The notes under the pieces are model-generated. The model did no database searches and was not told the origin of the DNA. It was given only the letters and a program-made list of their open reading frames with translations. Both the position numbers and the translations under genes were made by a program. A DNA stretch of 63,371 nucleotides, filler included, from Octopus bimaculoides (Eukaryota), in the NCBI RefSeq assembly GCF_001194135.2. It is 6 parts of 6 records of this genome, joined end to end, with 100 filler letters (N's around TTAATTAATTAA, not from the genome) between each part and the next. Parts side by side here need not be neighbours in the genome. Positions count along the whole stretch, not along the records: positions 1 to 15,404 come from NC_068994.1; 5 more parts are not named here. One strand, written 5' to 3'. Below are positions 1 through 11,465 of the stretch, one piece after another (the stretch's first letter is position 1; each line of letters opens with the position of its first letter).

Positions 1-17
1 TATATATATATATATAT

Positions 18-80
<63 letters not shown>

Positions 81-95
81 TTCATACATACATAC
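1..95. repeat. Compound microsatellite (AT)n-(GATA)n-(CATA)n
   Basis: Seen directly. Confidence 0.95.
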
Positions 96-599
96 ATCAA
101 CACGGTCAGAATGGGAGATAGGTTGTAAGACAGGATGAAGGAAAGCAAAAAAGCAAGAAAGCATTAAGCAGACGATATCACAAAATCTGGAGCAAAGAAA
201 GAAAGAAATACCTACACACATGTATACAGACAGACATACAAAAACAGAACGGATCGAAGACAGAAGGTTATTCACTGCAAGAAAATTAAATTGATGTTGC
301 ACAACAACAACAACAACAACAACATATAATAATTGAAAAAAAACCCCCACATTATTGGAAGATTATTCTAAAGGACATTTTGTCTTTTGACGTATTTTCA
401 AAATTTTCTCTTTTATTTATATTTTGTATGGAAATACAATTTCGCAATAATTTTTCAAGTATTTTATTTCAAGAAGAACGGCAGAAAGTTTGTTTTGTTT
501 CTTTTGCTTTTTATCTTCCTCTTCTTTAAATTTTTAGAAAATTTAGAAAATTTAGAAATTTATCTTATGAAAAAGAAATGGATTATTTTTTTTACACTC

Positions 600-756
600 C
601 CTTTTATACTGAACTGTTGCATATACATACACACACACACCTATATATATATATATGACCAATATAAATGTGCGTACGTGCATGGCTGTGTGTGTGTGTA
701 TATATGTTTCTACTATATATATATCTTACATGTGCATATGTACATACATATATATA

Positions 757-821
<65 letters not shown>

Positions 822-1000
822 GCATATACATTCATTCGCACATGTACACACACGTATATATACATGAATATGTATACATGTATTTATTCATATAGACGCA
901 CATATACATGCACACTCATTGATGCGCGCATACACACACATACACCACACACACACACACACATACACACACACATACACATACACACGCACACACATGT
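600..1000. repeat. (AT)n/(AC)n compound microsatellite
   Basis: Seen directly; accounts for ORFs 387..1028, 604..831 and 668..895. Confidence 0.95.
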
Positions 1001-1768
1001 ATATTGCTTGTTTCCTGAAAAGATATAAATAATTGAGACAGATTTATAAACCTTTAAATTTTTGTTTAAATAATTAAGTGCCGAGTTACATTACCGAGTC
1101 TGTAAATACACATGCTCCTACACACTCACACATACACACACACGCATACACCTATATGCATGTATGTATGTATGTATGTATGTATGTGTGTGTGTGTGTG
1201 TGTGTATGTGTGTGTGTGTATGTGTGTATGTATAATGGTTATAGCAACAGATGTAGCCTCGTTTTAATTCTTCTTTCCAAGGTGTTGAAGGAGTAGAATA
1301 TATAACGGTTTATTTCTTTATTGTATACCAATTTTTCCTTTTGTCAAAAGAATATAGGAATAAAGAAGCAAAAGAATAAAGGAGCAAAAGAATAGAAGAA
1401 TAAAAGAATAGAATGAAACATGAAGTTAAAAATTATGAAACGTATAAAATGGTGTAAGATATTGTCTAGTAAACAATGGACCTTTCTTTGTTCTTTAGCT
1501 TCGTGGCGATTAAATATTTTGTTCCGTAGTGGGTGACGTTATGATTTTAATGCACTAGAATACGAGTTCGATTTCTTACGATGGCGTGGGATTGCTTTAG
1601 ATGAGTGCTCTTCAGTCGGTATGCCGCGGCACACTGGTGTGTCACGAGGCGATGCAAGGTGTGCCGCAGTGTTAGACCGTTTTTTGCGTATGTACCCCCT
1701 GGGTCCTATTTTACTTAGGAGGGCCCTCATAACTATTCGATGCTTCAAAAAAAAAAAAAATTATTTAT

Positions 1769-2005
1769 CAGAGGTTCTCAAACATTTTGGTCCCCCCCCC
1801 CCATGGTCACATAACACCCCCTAGCGCCCCCAGCCCTATCTTTATGTATAAATAAATATCTTATATTTTACTATGAATCATTTGATATTTAATATGATAT
1901 TATATAATTTGTATACAGTACTATAATAATATTATAAATTCATAGCGTCCCCCAGTCCTCTGCCTTCTTCCCAACGCCTCCTTTTTTCTCTTACCCCCTT
2001 AGGCA
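1769..2005. mobile_element. Possible hAT-like MITE remnant
   Basis: Left end CAGAGGTTCTCAAAC resembles hAT termini (CAGGGGTTCTCAAAC-type); internal GCGCCCCC motifs; right end not resolved. Confidence 0.3.
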
Positions 2006-2009
2006 CCAG

Positions 2010-2280
2010 CGACCATTCTGGGGTATTGCCTTGAAGGGCTTTAGTCGAACAAATCGACTCCAGTACTTAGTTCTTTTAAGTTTGGTACTTGTTCTATCGT
2101 GTGTGTGTGTCTTTGTAAGGCAAACTTCTTTCAGTTTCCATCTACAAAATTCATTCAAAAGGTATTGGTCGACCCAAGACTATAATAGGAGACACTTGCA
2201 CAATGTACCGCGCATTAGGAATGAAACCTAAACCCCATGGTTGCAAAACGAGCTTCTTAACCAAACAGCAACGCGTGTGA
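2010..2280 (-). mobile_element. tRNA-derived SINE family A, internally deleted
   Basis: Reverse-complement match to head and tail of the family A copies at 56714-57125 and 40782-41118. Confidence 0.8.
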
Positions 2281-2329
2281 CTAATTAGTTTTTGGATAAA
2301 TTTTACAATTATTTTTCATGTATTATACT

Positions 2330-2687
2330 AAAACACTTCTCCGCTTTGGTTTGAGGTTCAGTCCCACTGTGCAGCACCTTGGACAAGTGTCTTCTGCTAT
2401 AGCTTTGAGCCAAGCAATAATGCCCTGTGAATGAATTTGGTAGACGGAAACTATGTGGAAGCTCGCCGATGTATATGTGTGTGTGTCTGTCTTTGTGTCC
2501 GTTTGTCCGCCCACCTACTGCTTGACAACCAGTGTTGGTTTGCTTACGTCTCTGTAACCTATCGGTTCGGCAGAGTAGACCGATAGAATAAAGCTCAGAC
2601 TTAAAAGGTAAGTACTGGGGGCGATTTGTTCGACTAAAAACTTTCAGGGTGCTGCTCCAGCATGGCCGCAGTCCAGTGACTGAAAAT
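2330..2687 (+). mobile_element. SINE family A, near full length
   Basis: GGTTCAGTCCCACTG B-box-like head, central (GT)n, tail GCTCCAGCATGGCCGCAGTC..TGACTGAAA. Confidence 0.85.
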
Positions 2688-3367
2688 ATCAGAATGTATT
2701 TGGTTCGTAAAAATTATTTTGGTGAGTTATAGTAAATATTTTTCTACGATTTTAAAAAGTTTATTTTATATAAATATTTAAAATGTGTATAAAAATTCTT
2801 TATCGAAAAAAAAAAAAAATTAATTCAAGTTTGAAATATAAAGCTTATTTGCTATTTGAACTGGTACACATTGGTGTTTATACAAAAGTAGAAATATATG
2901 TGTGTGTTGTTTCAAACATGTTGTTTAATATATGTGTTTGCATTTGTTTGTAAAGGTGATAAAAATACAGTCGAAAAAGTTAGATTAGTATAAAAACAAT
3001 GAAATATAAAATAGAGAGATAAATAGTAAAAAAAAAAATACTAAACTGGAAATTAAAATTTATATAAAATATGAAAAAGTGTATTTNNNNNNNNNNNNNN
3101 NNNNNNNNNNNNNNNNNNNNNNNACTAAAAAATATTTTTTTAAAAATCAATGTCGGTTGAATAAATTTAATGGGAAGTGAAACAAGTGTTTAGTGTTCAA
3201 AAGTTATTACTTCCACCACAAATGGAATTAAAATCTAAAATACAGTGATCATTTAACAGACCACTCTAAAAAATATTAGTATTATAAAAAAAAGAAAAAT
3301 TAAACACTGTAACACTACAATGATACTCTTATAACTGTTTTATCAAAAATAGCTTTAACCAGAAAAA

Positions 3368-3530
3368 AAGCCCGTCATATATGTATATCTATATGTGTGT
3401 GTGTGTACACATACATGCATGTATTTGTGTGTATATATATTTGTGTGTCTGTGTTTGTCCCCTCAACATCGCTTGACAACCGAAACTGGTGTGTTTAAGT
3501 GTCCGTAACTTAGCAGTTTGGCAAAATCTG
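3368..3530 (+). mobile_element. SINE family A, central fragment
   Basis: AAGCCCGTC-(AT/GT)n-GTTTGTCCCC..CGCTTGACAACCG..CGTAACTTAGC. Confidence 0.75.
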
Positions 3531-3741
3531 TAGAGATAACTTCAAAAAGTTATTTTTAGTTATCTTCGCTGTGGCACTGTGACATTGTGATTTTGCCGAC
3601 AGCTGAAATGCTTTTAAGCTAAAACGATAATTATCATGCGTAACAGCAAGCAAATTGTTAATTTATTTGTAATTGTGACGTCTGTGACAGAGTCAAAAGA
3701 CTATTTTTCAAAGCTTGCATTGAAACAATTCTATTCTACAG

Positions 3742-3837
3742 GCAGAAAAATGCCAGAATCATTTCGCTGAAGAGATTGACACTGGATATTAATCTTCTCT
3801 TAGAATTTCCACTCGTAGCTTATTCTATACACAAAGA
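3742..3837 (+). CDS. Candidate internal exon, 96 nt, phase 2-2 (QKNARIISLKRLTLDINLLLEFPLVAYSIHK)
   Basis: Acceptor CAATTCTATTCTACAG|G, donor GA|GTAAGT, one open frame; no homology recognised. Confidence 0.25.
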
Positions 3838-4764
3838 GTAAGTAACGACAGTTGAATTACCAAAACGCAGGCTTTCACAGCTGATAGCAATTCACGTTCC
3901 ATAGGATTAATTTTGACTGGAAATGCTTTGAAGTGACATTATATTCTTCTTGTTACTCTTTTAGAATATGGAAAATCATGCTATGGAACAATATCGAGAA
4001 GGTAGTGGTTGTTGTGGTAGTGAAGTTGGAACTTCAGCGCAAGATATGCACATCCCATGTTAATGATGATGATGTAGCTAGTCAGATGCAATATTAGATT
4101 TGAAGAAGATATATATATGTTTGTGTGTTTACACACACACACACACACACATACTAGCAGCGTGCATAGTATACTTAAAACATATATACTGTTGAAAGCT
4201 TTCAAAACTGCGGTATTCGTCTCCTATAGATATACATTATTAAAAAGTACAGAAATATATCAAATACAATACATCTACATGAGAAACTTACTCTAGACGG
4301 GTAGCGCAGTTTTAAAGGCTTTGAACAGTGTATATGTTTTGAGTATGATATACAGATTGCTAATTTGAACTGATACTGCTTAACAGCTCTGCCGTCTTAC
4401 AATAACAACAACAACAACAATAATAACATTGTTGTATTTCAGGATGGCGGGGTTTTTTTGTGTGTGTCAAATAAATACACGCGCTATATATTTTTTCTTC
4501 ACTTGTTTATTACTGTCTTTATTTTATAGAGAATGGAGTAAGTAGAGCAAGAACACACGCGAAAACGAAAAGTGTCACTGAAGAGGTCACAGATCTGTGA
4601 CGACATGAGTTTAAAATAATAAAATAAGAACAGTAATAAACGAGTGAAGAAAAAAATATATATAGTGTGTGTGTGTGTTCATTTGGCAAAAAAAAAAAGA
4701 AGGAAAACGACCATCCCGAAATACAACAATATCTGTTACAACACACGATTTCACATCAAAATGA

Positions 4765-4827
<63 letters not shown>

Positions 4828-5047
4828 CCTTTCTGCTATTGGCACGAAGCTAGCGATTTTAAAGGGAAAGGGGACTAGTCGATTACATTGACCCTAGTCT
4901 TTCACTGGTACTTATTTTATCGATCCCGAAAGGATGAAAGGCGAAGACGACCTCAGCGGAATTTGAACTCAGAATATAAAAGAGACTGGACAAATGCCGC
5001 TGAGCATTTATTTTGTCCTGCGCGGTAAGGAATTCTGCCAACTCGCC
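4828..5047 (-). mobile_element. tRNA-derived SINE family B
   Basis: Reverse complement gives GGCGAGTTGGCAGAATT..GAGTTCAAATTCCGC..GCCTTTCATCCTTTCGGGATCGATAAAATAAGTACCAG. Confidence 0.85.
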
Positions 5048-5199
5048 GTTCGTGGAACAGTAAATCAATGAATGACCACAGAAATATAACAACAAAACAC
5101 AGCTACTTGACAACTGTCGCAATAGAAAACAATATCAACTGCAATAATTAACATCATCATCAAAAGCCATTATAGTGACATAACAACTAGAGCAACGCA

Positions 5200-5280
5200 G
5201 CAACAACTAAATCGACATAACAGGTACAACCTAACAACGACCATAACACAACAGCAGCAGCAACAACAACAACAACAACA

Positions 5281-5337
<57 letters not shown>

Positions 5338-5508
5338 GCTGCTGTTGCTGCTACTACAATAATAACAACAACAAAACGACAGCTGCCAAGTGTATGATGA
5401 CTCGCTACAGCAACATGCACCATCACAACTAAATCGATATAACAAGCGCAACAACAGAACGGCTACAAACTTAAGCACAACAGCAAACAACAACAATTGC
5501 TGGCGCCG

Positions 5509-5560
<52 letters not shown>
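5200..5560. repeat. (AAC)n/(ACT)n trinucleotide arrays
   Basis: Seen directly. Confidence 0.9.
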
Positions 5561-6094
5561 AAGGTGACATGTGCAACTGTGTCACTAGCTACAACAGCAT
5601 AACAACAACTATATCAGGATAACAACTGCAAGCAGCTATATTATAATTCTGACAACAGGAATATAGCAACAATTGCAAAAAACATAGCGAAAACAAGGAG
5701 AGAATTACATAATAACCACGAGACAGCACAACAACGTTACAACATAACACAACTACAGCATCTACATTACATAATAATAAGTAAATACAATAACCACAAT
5801 CGTAGCATTATTTATATTAAAAAAACAACTAACAACAAAAGTATAGCAACAACTACAGGAATCCCAACAGCTTATAGCAATAACAACAACAACAACAACA
5901 AGAGCAACACAACGACCACAGCAACATAACAACAACCACAGCAACATGTATGCCGGAATGTGGAATTGATGTCGCTTCAGGGGATATATTTAGTTATTGG
6001 CAAAAATTAATTTCTTTATAAATATATATGTTATGGGGAAACAATGCGGTAAAGTTATGATTAAGTGAAACGGCGGCAGTTTGTCAGTGTTTAG

Positions 6095-6500
6095 AAGGGG
6101 GGGTGAAGGAGTAGGGTGAGGTTGGGAGAAGAGGGAGAAGAGGGAGAAGGAAAAAAATGTTGTATGAAAGAGAAGAGACGGCGAGAAATAGGAATGGAAT
6201 GAAAGATACGGACGGATAGGCAGGCAAAGTGAGAAATGGAGAGATGGGGAGAGAGAGAGAGAAAGAGGGAGAGGGGGAGAGAGGGAGGGAGAGAGAGAGG
6301 GAGAGAGGGAGAGAGGGAGAGGGAGAGAGGGAGAGGGAGAAAAAGAGGTGGATGTGAAAGAGAGGGGAGAGAGACGGGCCGACAGAGAGGCAAATACATA
6401 GATAGATAGACAGACAGGCAGATAGACACATACAAATAGATAGATAGATAGAGAGATAGANNNNNNNNNNNNNNCAGGTAGATAGATAGATAGATAGATA
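6095..6500. repeat. Polypurine GA-rich tract plus (GATA)n/(GACA)n
   Basis: Seen directly. Confidence 0.9.
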
Positions 6501-6504
6501 GACA

Positions 6505-6620
6505 TATATAGCTCGAAACGTTAAAGACTTTCTGTATTCCCGAGCGTCAAACTAATACATCCTTTTGTTGTTTACACCACCTGTCCTCGTCTGTTGTTGT
6601 TTTTTCGTATATTCTCCCAT
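6505..6620 (+). mobile_element. Penelope-like terminal-repeat family E, 5'-truncated
   Basis: GCTCGAAACGTTAAAGAC..TAATACATC..GTTGTTTACACCACCTGTC matches copies at 16815-16955 (-) and 54970-55122 (+). Confidence 0.65.
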
Positions 6621-7009
6621 ATATATATATATATATAGATAGATAGATAGATAGATAGATATACATACATACATAGATACATACATAGATGTATACACAC
6701 ACACGCACACACACACACATATATATATATATACACGTATATATGTGTGTGTAGATAGATAGATAGATAGATGTATATACTTGTATACATGTATTTGTTT
6801 GTTTTTTTTTCTATATAATGAGGAAAAAGAGATGCATGTGACTAGCGTCAAAGTCTATTAACTCCTCGTCATTTCTGTCAACGGATGCAATAATATAACT
6901 AATAGATATTTATAGTATATCTGATGATGATGATGATTTTTAAATTTCTTTAAATTGTTTCCGCTTTAAAGCAGCGGTCATACTGGGGCACCAAGGCGAG
7001 TAATTTTGA

Positions 7010-7190
7010 ATGGAGGGTATTAATCAATTACATCAACTTCAGTACTTGACTGGTACTTTATTCTATCGACCCCGGTAGGATGAAAAGCAATGTTGACCTC
7101 AGCAGGATTTGAACTCTGAACGTAAAGTTGGAACAGATATCTCAAAGCATATTCTTTTATGCTCTACCGGTTTCACTAATTCGCTATCCT
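7010..7190 (-). mobile_element. SINE family B
   Basis: CTGGTACTTT..ATCGACCCC..GGATGAAA..GACCTCAGCAGGATTTGAACTC. Confidence 0.8.
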
Positions 7191-7587
7191 CGTAATGATA
7201 TAGATAATAATAGCAATAACAGTGTTAAGGTATTATTGAATAATACGATCGATGTTCAGTACGTGTTTTAAATGATAAATCTAGAAGAGAAACAATGTAC
7301 ATGCAACTGAGAATATGTACACGTAAGATAAATAGAAACACATTTATGCATACATACGTTTTCAAATACGTATACATAATCAAGCTTGCATACACCTGCA
7401 GAAATTAAAAGGCCGTTGCAGAGAAATTAAAATAATAATGATTTATTTATAATTTTTTTATATATAATTTTTTCTTTATTTCCTACATACTTACAGAAAT
7501 AGACCGCTTCCGATCTGTTTGGTATAAGGATTCAGCATGCATGTAGAGTGTACGTCGTTTTGAATACAATATGCTTTCTTTGCAACG

Positions 7588-7868
7588 TTGCTTGCAATAT
7601 TTTATTAACTTATTTGCTTTATTCGTCAAGTTACAGAAAAAAAAAATGAACAACAATCTAGCATTCAAAGAAGAAGCTATCGTGTTGCACCGCCTGAGAC
7701 AACGTTTCTGCCAGATTTTTTTATCCCACGCTGATAACAGTTCTTGTCCTTCGAGGCGAAGAACTCCTCCACCGAAGCTTCCATCTCCCCTTGGTTGATG
7801 AAGCTTTGCGAGCGCAGGAAGTGAGTCATGGATCGGGACTAGTATTAATCCGAGGGAGATATTTTTGC
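7588..7868 (-). mobile_element. Mariner transposase 3' end relic
   Basis: Minus strand gives SD-L-RSM-HFLRSQSFINQGEMEASVEEFFASKDKN..GIKNLAE..QHDSFFFEC*; homologous to 8215-8480 (+). Confidence 0.75.
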
Positions 7869-7869
7869 T

Positions 7870-8500
7870 GCAATCTTAAAGTGTATAAGTAGTGGTTAAG
7901 CAAGGGCCGGCTTCCGGAACCTGTACCCAAATATGAACCTTTCGACCACAAGGTGATGCTCTGCGTCTGGTGGAATTACGAGGGGTTAATTCGGTACGAG
8001 TTCGTTCCGGATGATCGAACTATCGATGCCAGCCTCTACTTCGAACAAGTTGGAGCGGGTGTACGCCGTTCTGCGACAAAAGTACCTGCCATTGGCTAGC
8101 AGAAAGCAAGCTTTTTCTGCAGGAAGACCACGCTCGAACACCACACACCTTTCGAACGACCCGGTATAAACACCGGGAACTTGAGAGAGTCGAACCAGTG
8201 CCACACCCAGCATGTAGTCCGGACATATTTTCCTCGGATTATTACTTGTTCCGATGCTTGGGTCTCTTGCTGCGCCTGCGACGTTTCATCCTTCAGTGAA
8301 GGAGTTCTTCACTTCGAAGGAACAAGAATTGGTATTAGCGTGGAATCAAAGAACTGACAGAAAGATGGCTTCAGACGGCGCAACACGATGACTTCTACTT
8401 TGAATGCTAGGCTGCTTCTTTTTGTTTCTTTTTTAACTTGGCGAATGGAAGCAAATAAATTACCAAAATATTGCAAGATTTTTGATTCAACACAATAAAA
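7870..8500 (+). mobile_element. Mariner (DD34D) transposase C-terminal relic
   Basis: VMLCVWWNYEG..EFVPDDRTIDASLY, decayed DNARPH (EDHARTPH), HPACSPDIFSSDYYLFRCL, with frameshifts. Confidence 0.85.
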
Positions 8501-8529
8501 CAACCATGTACGAAAGAGAGAAAGTTAGA

Positions 8530-8875
8530 GAATGTGTGTGTGTGTGTATGTGTGTGTGTGTGTGTGTGTGTGTTTGTGTGTGTGCGTGTGTGTTTGTGTT
8601 TATGTGTGTTTGTGTGTTTGTATGTTTATGTGTGTGTGTGTTTGTGTGTGTATGTGTGTTTGTGTGTCTTTGTGTTTGTGTGTGTGTTTGTGTGTGTGTT
8701 TGTGTGTGTATGTGCGTGTGTTTGTGTGTGTGTATGTGCGTGTGTGTTTGTGTGTGTGCGTGTGTGTTTGTGTGTGTTTGTTCGTATGTTTGCGTGTGTG
8801 TGTGTATGTATGTGCGTGCGTGTTTGTGTGTTTGTGTGTGTGCGTGGGTGTTTGTGCGTGCTTCTGTGCGTGTGG
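8530..8875. repeat. Interrupted (GT)n array, about 340 bp
   Basis: Seen directly. Confidence 0.95.
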
Positions 8876-9470
8876 CAGATTTCCGATGTTAAGTACCAGT
8901 GAAGTGATTTGGATAAGACAAGAGATTTAGCAACTGCAATTTCTTATCCAAGAAAATGAATTCGGTAGTTCTGTCTTTCTTCAGGAATCACCATTCCGTT
9001 CCATCTTACCAATTACGTTGAAGTACCATCTGGATCTTATTGTGTCTATCAACAGCTTTGTGGGATGTTAGCAAACGTGTTAATAGAATAAACAGAATTT
9101 CATAGGTTTGATAATTGTTCTTCATGGTAAAAGCTATCGTGATGGTGTTGATGGTGGAGGTGGTGGAGGTGGTGGTGATGGTGGTGGTGGAGGTGTAAGT
9201 GATGGTAGACATACCGTCGTGGTGTTAGTCGAAGTGTGGTGGTGGTGGTGGCGGTACTGTTGGTGCATATATCATACAGGTATCTCTCTGCGCGCGCGCG
9301 CACACACACGAAAACACATACACACACACACACACGCACACATGCATACACACACACATATGCACATTTGAAGAGGCCGCATTGTCACGATCTTGTCTAT
9401 TAACCATCGCAGTTTCCTTCTGATCGGTCTTACATAGCTAAACGATAATTATAGCGTCAAGCTGTTGTTG

Positions 9471-9501
<31 letters not shown>

Positions 9502-9658
9502 TGATAGTGATGGAAACTTACTGCAATCAGTTGAAATAGTGCAGTGCCTTGCAAATCGGTGCACTACATCAAATGAAGGGGAAAGATCTGCTTAAGGCTG
9601 TCGTACTGAAGTAGCTGCGATATGATATGCTAGAGATAACAATGTAATGAGCTTGCTA

Positions 9659-9708
<50 letters not shown>

Positions 9709-9810
9709 CTAGTGGTGGTAGTGGTGGTGATGGTAGTTGGAGTAGTAGAAGCGGCGAATCGACTGAGATGCTAGAATGTTGGGTAGAATGTCTAAATCCT
9801 TTTATCTACA

Positions 9811-9863
9811 AAATACAGGTATTTGAAATACCTGTATTTCATACAGGTGTTTCAAATACCTGT
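9811..9863. repeat. Two tandem palindromes
   Basis: AAATACAGGTATTT-G-AAATACCTGTATTT (perfect 14-bp arms), then ACAGGTGTTT-C-AAATACCTGT. Confidence 0.9.
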
Positions 9864-10054
9864 TATATCAGCTACTGTTAATGGAATGGCATGTATATAT
9901 GGCACATCCATTATCGAGCTCAACATAATAATAAACCGTAGTTAAGATCTGATTATGCATACATTGACGTATGAAATGTTAAATATTATAAGGACCACTT
10001 CGAATTCCAGCTTGGACCAGTGATATTTGCTACAACTCAATAATATAGTATGTT

Positions 10055-10358
10055 GTTGTTGCTGTTTGTTCGTTCTCGAGCCATGCCTGGCTCATAAGGG
10101 TCGGTTTCTCGGTTTCATTGGCGTATAGGTTCGCCACCTGGACAGGACGACGGTCCGTCGCAGGTGAACTGCTAGATGCAGGAGGAAAGAGTGAGAGAAA
10201 GTAGCGGCAAAAGAATCAGCAGAAGTTAACCATTACCTTGTGCCGGAACCGCGTGGAGCTTAAGTGTTTCGCTCATAAACACGCACATCGCCTGGTCTGA
10301 GATTCGAACCCGCGACCGCGAGTACGCTGCTCTAACAACTAAGCCATATGCTTCCACA
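10055..10358 (-). mobile_element. SINE, head D + tail T1
   Basis: Head matches 48843-49030; tail (CTGCGACGGACC..TGTCCAG..GAAACCG..ATGAGCC) matches 14540-14630. Confidence 0.8.
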
Positions 10359-10721
10359 ATATATTACGTGCAGTGAAACAATTACTGGCGATGTAGAAAC
10401 AGTTATTAACCTTTCTATACAAGTAAAATCCCAAATTAAGATGTAATTTGTGAAACGCTTTTGGACTTGTTAAAGAATTCTGATTTATTATTTTCTTTTA
10501 TTAAATTATTTCTCTGCCATACTTTTAATTAAAAACGAATTTAGAAAAGATTTGAAGAAGAAAAATGTTAGTTATATGTATAACTCGTTCTCCCCGTGAG
10601 AATTCCATGGTTATTTCGTTAACTATGGTCTTTGAAAGTTTACAGAGCAAGAAATAATTTCTTTCGAAATTGTATTTCTGACGCGTTTGAATCTTTTAAT
10701 GATGGGAAGTTCATTTAAGTG

Positions 10722-11286
10722 CTGGGTGGGGCAGAGAGGACGGACTACTTTGAAAAATTCACAAAATCATTAATTTTAGCTGCAAACAAGTTTTATTGAC
10801 ATCAACGAGTTTGTAATGAATTAGTATTTGTCAAAATCAAGTGTTAAAAACAACATCCAACATTTGGTGTCCATTTTCGTTGATGCATTTCTGAAAGCTT
10901 GTTTGACGCGTTGCACATTTTCCGAGGTCCGTACCGCTCGTGGCGCCCCCACCGGTCTCCTATTCATTAGTGTACCTCGTGTATGAAGTGCATTCACCCA
11001 ACGTAAGATTGTGTTACGGGTGGGAACAGCTTGATTTCGGTGAATGTTGAAGTGGTATCGAAACATACGGTGAATTGCTGTGACAGACTCGTTATACTTC
11101 ACGTAACTGTCGTAGACAAACACGCAATGCTCTATCGTCCACTGCGTCGTGGCTTTACCTGAAAAGAAAACAAAAAAATAATGTTAAGACACCACAGACC
11201 AAATGGTACCTGTCGGACATATGTCCCTCCATCTGGGACTGAGTAATAATTATTTCAAAAAAGTCCGTTCTTTTTGCCCCACCCTA
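10722..11286 (-). mobile_element. Internally deleted Tc1/mariner element retaining TIRs and the N-terminal HTH of the transposase
   Basis: TIRs GGGTGGGGCAGAGAGGACGGACT and GGGTGGGGCAAAAAGAACGGACT; TA at right end; ORF 10821..11123 (YVKYNESVTAIHRMFRYHF..PTRNTILRWV..GAPRAVRTSENVQRVKQAF) resembles DUF4817-type transposase HTH. Confidence 0.85.
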
Positions 11287-11304
11287 TAGTAATGAAAATG
11301 TAAA

Positions 11305-11465
11305 CGCGTGGCTTAGTGGTTAGAGCGTTCGGCTCTCAGTCATAAGGTCGTGAGCTCGATTCCTGGACCAAGCGGTGTGTTGTGCCCTTCAGCATGACAC
11401 TTTATTTCATGTTGCATCATTCTATTCAACTGAAAATGAGTACTAGCAGAGTGCTGGCACAGCCC
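11305..11465 (+). mobile_element. SINE, head C
   Basis: A-box TGGCTTAGTGG, B-box-like GAGCTCGATTCC, CORE-like GTGCCCTTCAGCATGACACTT. Confidence 0.8.
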
